From a virus (lineage: Duplodnaviria > Caudoviricetes): a stretch of DNA of 27,064 nt. The notes beneath the pieces were generated by a model. It had not been told where the DNA came from. It worked only from the letters and a program-made list of their open reading frames with translations, and searched no databases. This document shows positions 22,591-27,064 of this stretch, one piece after another (within the stretch, counting starts at the first letter, position 1; each line of letters opens with the position of its first letter). The stretch is taken from positions 1 through 27,064 of IMG/VR virus record IMGVR_UViG_3300023210_000175; one strand, 5' to 3'. The translations under genes and the position numbers were made by a program.

Positions 22591-23118
22591 TTGGGGGAAT
22601 TCCCATTTATATCATCAAGCTGTTTTCCTTTTTCAATTACAGCACTTTGATATTAATCAATTACATATTCATAATTCCCTACTTATATCAGACAAACTAT
22701 CCCATAATTTTATTATATTTCAATGTAAAGATAATTGTATCACTTTTTTTGAATTATGGTTTAATATTCATTGTAAACCTTTATATCACTTAATCTTTCT
22801 TCTTTTATTCATCATATCATCCATATTATCCTGATGAGTACCTAAAAATAAATTGTTTAGATAATTATTACTAGGATTGTCATCTCTATGACAAACTAAC
22901 ATTTTACTATCATCTATATTTAGTCAAAGAAATGCTTGGGCGACTAATCTATGAATAGAAAACATTTTTTTATTATTCTTCTTTGATAACCTAACTACTT
23001 TATATTTTACAACAGTTCCTGGTTTTAATATAATATTCTTTCTCAAACTTTTTACCATCCCTTTTATACTTACTGCATATAATCATTCATATCCAATAAT
23101 ATCTTTCCATTCCTCCAT
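22588..23118 (-). CDS. NUMOD4-HNH-NUMOD1 homing endonuclease (176 aa)
   Basis: MEEWKDIIGYEGLYAVS (NUMOD4); IHRLVAQAFL...VCHRDDNPSNNYLNNLFLGTHQDN (HNH); ISKCCNGKRKTAGGYKW (NUMOD1/IENR1). Confidence 0.92.
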
Positions 23119-23131
23119 AAATTTACAAATT

Positions 23132-23219
23132 AAAAACTCTTACAAACAGGCTTAACTCGCTAAAGACAACCTGCTCGTAAGAGCCTATAATAAGGGCGAG
23201 TTAATTTAATGTCTTTAGC
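23132..23219 (-). ncRNA. Candidate pseudoknot / attenuator 5' leader RNA of the HNH gene
   Basis: 14-bp stem 23170-23183/23137-23150 (two G-U on the minus strand) plus a T5 tail. Its 19-nt loop is complementary to two upstream boxes, 23210-23219 (10 bp) and 23196-23204 (9 bp). Confidence 0.62.
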
Positions 23220-23226
23220 TAAGAAT

Positions 23227-23254
23227 ACTATATCCATTTTAATATAAAAAGCAA
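23227..23254 (-). promoter_or_regulatory. sigma70-like promoter TTGCTT-N16-TATAGT for the HNH gene
   Basis: -35 at 23249-23254 and -10 at 23227-23232. Confidence 0.6.
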
Positions 23255-23277
23255 TCTTATCTTTGTCTTATCTCTGA

Positions 23278-23397
23278 CTATAATTTATTTATATAATCTA
23301 TTAATATGCTATAATATAATATATTAGATATTACTACTCCTGCTAGTAGTAATAGATTTAGCAGTAGCCATGTTAAGGCTTTTTGTAGTTTAGTCAT
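23278..23397 (-). CDS. Small hydrophobic peptide (39 aa)
   Basis: MTKLQKALTWLLLNLLLLAGVVISNILYYSILIDYINKL-TAG; the start overlaps the YopX stop. Confidence 0.45.
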   Translation of the reverse strand: MTKLQKALTWLLLNLLLLAGVVISNILYYSILIDYINKL

Positions 23398-23794
23398 TTT
23401 CTATTAAGTTAGGGTTTTCATATATGTTTCAAACTACATATACTCAGGAAATATCTTTCCCCGTTTTACTATCTGTGCAATTTCAATCTTCTAATGCTTC
23501 GTGTAAAGGTGTTATAAGTCAAGGAGTATATACTATAAAGCCTGAAAATTCCTCATCATATTCAACCTTAGAATAATTATCTATTCAAGCAATATTATTT
23601 CAGTCCCATACTATATCCCCCTCATATATTTCTTTTCAGTTCTTATCTTTTAATCATATGTATTGCATAACTACATTAGAGGCTCTTCAGTCCTCAAAAG
23701 CTCTATAGTCTTCATATCATTTTCAATCACTTACTACAACATTATCGTAATTCATTATCATTCAGTTGTAAGTTCTAAACTTTAAATTATTCAT
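23390..23794 (-). CDS. yopX: YopX family protein (134 aa)
   Basis: MNNLKFRTYNG...VMQYIGLKDKNGKEIYEGDIV...VVGNIYENPNLI. Confidence 0.92.
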
Positions 23795-23796
23795 AA

Positions 23797-23922
23797 TTAT
23801 ATTTTTTTAAAATAATCTTCTTCACTCATTTCTTCTATGTGTTGTATAGTAATGTTGTTACACACTCATTTACAGCTACATTTTCTAGGTGTTTTACTGT
23901 TAGGACATTGGTTAGGTTTCAT
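23797..23922 (-). CDS. Small Cys-rich hypothetical protein (41 aa)
   Basis: MKPNQCPNSKTPRKCSCKGVCNNITIQHIEEMSEEDYFKKI; fills the gap between neighbours exactly. Confidence 0.5.
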
Positions 23923-23924
23923 AA

Positions 23925-24236
23925 TTAAGTGTTATAAGCTATTTCTTTACTATCAAAATCATATAATTCTAAATAATGCAACATAGTAACTTCTCATATT
24001 TCTTGAACTAATATACTTCTTTGTTCAATAGTCAATTCTTTTCATTCAAACTTATCCCATAAATTTCTCATAAGTACAGACTGCCAAGTCATTCATAGAG
24101 CAGTTTTACAATAATTACTTAAATGTCTAGTAGGTCATTCTGTTGCTTCTATTTCTTGTATCTTAACTAGAGTATTAAACATATTCTCTATTTGGTTTTC
24201 TAGTTTTTGTGTCAAAATTTCTAATTGAGTTTCCAT
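23925..24236 (-). CDS. Hypothetical protein (103 aa)
   Basis: METQLEILTQKLENQIENMFNTLVK...KEIAYNT-TAA, open with TGA=Gly. Confidence 0.65.
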
Positions 24237-24242
24237 ATTTAT

Positions 24243-24410
24243 TTAGTTAGGATATATTCTTATCCGACCTTGTTTTTGTTTTTCTTTATATATTAATTCT
24301 CTTTTCAAAACTTCTTCATTATATTTTTGTTTATATTTTTTACTTTCTTTTTCTTCTTGAAATAAGAATATTCAGTAAATAATAATACATATTATAAATA
24401 TTATTAACAT
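24243..24410 (-). CDS. Small membrane-anchored protein (55 aa)
   Basis: MLIIFIICIIIYGIFLF followed by a charged tail, QEEKESKKYKQKY...IYPN. Confidence 0.55.
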
Positions 24411-24417
24411 AAGTTAT

Positions 24418-24798
24418 TTAGTTAGTATATATTTCAGTTGGAAAGGTTTTATGTTTTATTCAATCCCATTTAATATCAGTTTGTTTTATTTCGTCTAATC
24501 AGAATATATGAAAACTAATTATTGTGTTTTTATATTTGAAATACATAATTCAATCTCTTTGTCAGTATTCTATATTTAAGTCATATTCATTTATATTATT
24601 TATAGCTTTTCTAATAAATTTATTTTTAAGTTTATAATTATCTTCTTTTTTAAATCTACTTATTCTAGCATAATCTGTTTTAGTACCAAAGTTTATTTTT
24701 GAATTTTCTATTGCTCTATCTCTTAAAGAATGGGCTTCTCTGTTAGCATTAAATGCTTGTTCAATAGCTCTTATTGCAGTATAATAATTTGGTTTCAT
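24418..24798 (-). CDS. Hypothetical protein (126 aa)
   Basis: Track ORF extended through TGA: ...NIEYGQRDGIMYFKYKNTIISFHIFG...KWDGIKHK...TN-TAA. Confidence 0.7.
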
Positions 24799-24800
24799 AA

Positions 24801-24947
24801 TTATTTCTTTAGTAAGTTAATAATCTCATTGTAGCAGTTTTTAATTACCTCTACTTGTTTAGCTAAACTGTAATGGATATTAGTTTCTTTAAGTTGCTGA
24901 ATTACACTGTCTGCTTTCTCATTTGCTAGTTTTAGTTTCTTGTTCAT
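24801..24947 (-). CDS. Hypothetical protein (48 aa)
   Basis: MNKKLKLANEKADSVIQQLKE...IINLLKK-TAA; overlaps the Rha 3' end. Confidence 0.45.
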   Translation of the reverse strand: MNKKLKLANEKADSVIQQLKETNIHYSLAKQVEVIKNCYNEIINLLKK

Positions 24948-25641
24948 TAATTAATAGATTAGGTGTTTTTAAATACAAAGTTCCTGCAAAATTATCTAGT
25001 GCTATTTTACATAATAAATAAATCTCTTTATAGTGTGTTCATTTATTCATTTCTTCTACAATCACTCCTTTTAACATATTTTCTGCAACTGTTAAGTGAA
25101 ATAACTCCATTTTATCTAAAGTATCTCTAGTTTTAGGTTTATTATGTTGTAATAATTTTAAAGCCTTGTATTCAGCCTTAGTTAAATTAGCATAATAAAA
25201 TTTAACTCAACTACTTGCTCCTTGTTTTTTTGCATATTCAATAAAGTCTTTAATTGTATCTGTTGCTTGTAATCTAATTTGTTTTCATAATTCTCTAGTA
25301 GTTATCCACTCACTATTTTGTTGTTGTAACAATATCTTCTCCATTTGATTAAAAGCCTTAATAAACTGTAATTTTTTATTGTGTGCTTTTTTATTTTGAA
25401 TATTCATAACAATAAACATATATCAATCTCTATTTATTGAATAATTATCAAATGTTCTTTTATATGAATTTTCAAATGTAGATTTTCTAAACATTGCTTC
25501 AAAATCTATGGTGGAAATTTCCACCCTAAAATTATGTATTTTTCTTAATAATTCTTTATGTGCAATTCCAAATTCTTCTCAAATTCTATTACTTGTAGTT
25601 CTTGCTTCTCATTTTATTAGATTTACCAACTCTTTTACCAT
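24889..25641 (-). CDS. rha: Rha family phage regulatory protein (250 aa)
   Basis: ARTTSNRIGEEFGIAHKELLRKI...YSINRDGYMFIVMNIQNKKAHNKKLQFIKAFNQMEK, followed by a WITTRELGKQIRLQATDTIK C-terminal domain. Confidence 0.88.
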
Positions 25642-25697
25642 AATATTAGTATTAACAATTAATACTAATATTATATTCTTTTATTATAATAAATCAA
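25640..25697 (-). promoter_or_regulatory. Promoter TTGATT-N16-TATAAT with an overlapping 16-bp-arm palindrome
   Basis: -35 at 25692-25697 and -10 at 25670-25675. Perfect inverted repeat 25640-25655/25659-25674 touches both the -10 box and the ATG. Confidence 0.65.
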
Positions 25698-25711
25698 ATT
25701 TTAATTTTTCA

Positions 25712-25930
25712 TTACATTTTTCTTTTATCAAATATTCATAATTCAGCAAGGCTTATATTTGGCATATCTTTTTCAAAACCGCAGTATACAAGTGTAAGTT
25801 TTCAAACTTTCCCCTTAGCTTCTTCTATAATCTCATTGAATTGTCTATTGGTATGAACTGTTCTTAATTTCTTTAAGTCTTGTTCTGATAAGTCTAAGCT
25901 ATCTATATAATCAAAGTCTAATCTTTTCAT
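25712..25930 (-). CDS. Hypothetical protein (72 aa)
   Basis: MKRLDFDYIDSLDLSEQDLKKL...LGIFDKRKM-TAA. Confidence 0.6.
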
Positions 25931-25941
25931 AGTTATTTAAT

Positions 25942-26145
25942 TTAAAGTAAATGTTCTCAAAGCCATAAACTATTTTCTTCTTCTATTCTTTTATCAACTA
26001 ATAATTTATCTACTAATTCTCTAAAAGTATCTATTGTTTCTTGTGCGAAATCACAATGCTGATTATCTTCTAATAAGTATATCAGAGTATTACTCATATC
26101 AGTTGCTTCTGATATGAGCCTGTTGGTTTCAGTTATTTCTTTCAT
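25942..26145 (-). CDS. Hypothetical protein (67 aa)
   Basis: Track ORF MKEITETNRL... extended by GEHLL-TAA. Confidence 0.6.
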
Positions 26146-26148
26146 AAT

Positions 26149-26418
26149 TTAATAATTATCATTTAAAACTTGTTCTATATCTGTTTTTGCTTCATTTTGT
26201 ACTTGTTCAAGAATTTTAGTTCTTAACCATAATTCTTTTGAAAGTCATTTCATACTTTGGTATTTCTCCCATTCTGCTTGAGTTAAACCAACCTCAACTT
26301 TTTTACTTAATCTTGATATTTCTCCAAAATCTTTGTGGTAATCAGAAGTTAATCAAGTTTGTCAATCAGCTTCTAATACTCAATTTAAAACATAATCAAT
26401 AGGTTGTTTATTTCTCAT
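26149..26418 (-). CDS. Hypothetical protein (89 aa)
   Basis: MRNKQPIDYVLNGVLEADGQTG...EQVLNDNY-TAA. Confidence 0.62.
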
Positions 26419-26686
26419 TTTTTGTAGTAGTTAAACCATAATTTAATATAAATTTTTCTGCCTCTTTTCTAAGTTTTGACTTTATAGTATAGGGCTTTAA
26501 ATATTCCATTAACCATTGTCTAAACTCTTGTTCTTTTTCTACTGTTGTTTTATAATATATAAACCAATCCTCTCATTCTACTTTTCAATCTTCTCATTTT
26601 ACATTATCAAAAGTAACGTCATATCAATTTATTTCAAATTGCTTATTTATGATTATCTCTAGGTTTGATTTTTCAAGTTCTTTCAT
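26408..26686 (-). CDS. Hypothetical protein (92 aa)
   Basis: MKELEKSNLEIIINKQFEINGYDVTFD...FILNYGLTTTKNEK-TAA. Confidence 0.65.
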
Positions 26687-26691
26687 TTGTT

Positions 26692-27063
26692 TTAATCAGT
26701 TAATTCTAAAGCTTTTTTATTTTTAAATTTCCATATATACCCTCCTGCTCTTTTCCTTTTTCAATTACAACACATAGATATTCAAGTATCTGATTTTAAT
26801 CATACTCAAATTCCTGCTTCTGTAATACTATTAAATGTTTGTATAAGTTTTCAATTTATTGTGTATTGATTTACTTTTTTATAATGGGCTTTCGAAACCT
26901 TATCTTTAGTTTTTTGAGTATGTTTTACTCACTTATGACTTAATCTCATTTTTTCTATTGATTGTTCTTTGTGTTTTCTTCATTTCATATAAGGGATATG
27001 CCCTTGTTTTGATTTACTAATTTTATCTTTAGTTTTTTGAGTATGAAATAAAACCAAGGGCAT
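26692..27063 (-). CDS. NUMOD3-repeat / NUMOD1 DNA-binding region of a homing endonuclease (probably 5'-truncated by the window edge)
   Basis: HTQKTKDKISKSKQG, KGRKHKEQSIEKMRLSHKGVKHTQKTKDKVSKAH (NUMOD3 repeats; exact 23-bp repeat at 26900-26922 and 27023-27045), then KVNQYTINGKLIQTFNSITEA...ISMCCNGKRKRAGGYIW (NUMOD1). Confidence 0.82.
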
Positions 27064-27064
27064 A

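Noticed and set aside
23132-23219. HDV-like or theta ribozyme, or tRNA
   Set aside because: The helix order (A, B, D, A', B', D') does not fit the HDV nested double pseudoknot, and there is no cloverleaf or T-loop.
22452-23280. Group I intron containing the HNH ORF
   Set aside because: No recognisable P7 or P3 core, no clearly interrupted host gene, and the HNH has its own promoter. Kept only as a lesser hypothesis in the findings.
19799-23794. TGA = Trp (table 4) or selenocysteine
   Set aside because: TGA occupies invariant Gly positions in TerL, YopX and NUMOD1, and conserved Trp residues use TGG.
1297-25741. All plus-strand ORFs in the supplied track (for example 1297-1494, 3505-3792, 4648-4992, 8775-8993, 18757-18960, 25508-25741)
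   Set aside because: They are antisense shadows of long minus-strand genes, with F/L/S/I-rich composition and no motifs.
26900-27045. 23-bp direct repeat as CRISPR repeat or att site
   Set aside because: Only two copies, both in frame and encoding the NUMOD3 motif HTQKTKDK.
3-27063. Reading the window as a decayed prophage full of pseudogenes
   Set aside because: The only interruptions I met are TGA codons, often at conserved Gly sites. Start-to-stop lengths are multiples of three and the genes tile tightly.
26997-27064. Inverted repeat tatgcccttg(g)tttt at the extreme window end
   Set aside because: Only 10 bp are perfect and it sits at the sequence edge, so it may be an assembly or fold-back artefact or chance. 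It also makes the ATG at 27063 unreliable.
1-27064. tRNA (including a UCA suppressor), rRNA, CRISPR array, integrase, diversity-generating retroelement
   Set aside because: None was recognisable by eye, and intergenic gaps are short and accounted for. tRNAscan-SE or Aragorn would be needed to exclude atypical tRNAs.

Overview
Very AT-rich segment of a tailed-phage (or prophage) genome. Every gene lies on the minus strand. The supplied ORF track looks fragmented because this genome reads TGA as glycine (translation table 25, the code of Gracilibacteria and Absconditabacteria/SR1). With TGA=Gly the minus strand tiles almost completely with ORFs. In transcription order (high to low coordinates) these are: a NUMOD3/NUMOD1 endonuclease-type ORF, small hypothetical genes, Rha, YopX, a NUMOD4-HNH endonuclease, terminase small subunit, a RepL-like insert, terminase large subunit, portal, an overlapping ORF, scaffold, head decoration protein, major capsid protein, a Rha-KilAC antirepressor, adaptor, nozzle, a 1057-aa ejection protein with an M15 peptidoglycan peptidase, a 1713-aa polyvalent protein with two HExxH zincin domains, and a truncated tail fibre. 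The layout is podovirus-like. Non-coding highlights are eight sigma70-like promoters that all have a 16-bp spacer, two independent 5' leaders in which the loop of a terminator-like hairpin pairs with the transcript 5' end, and an HNH gene flanked on both sides by structured RNA. All calls come from manual translation and motif recognition; no database search was run.
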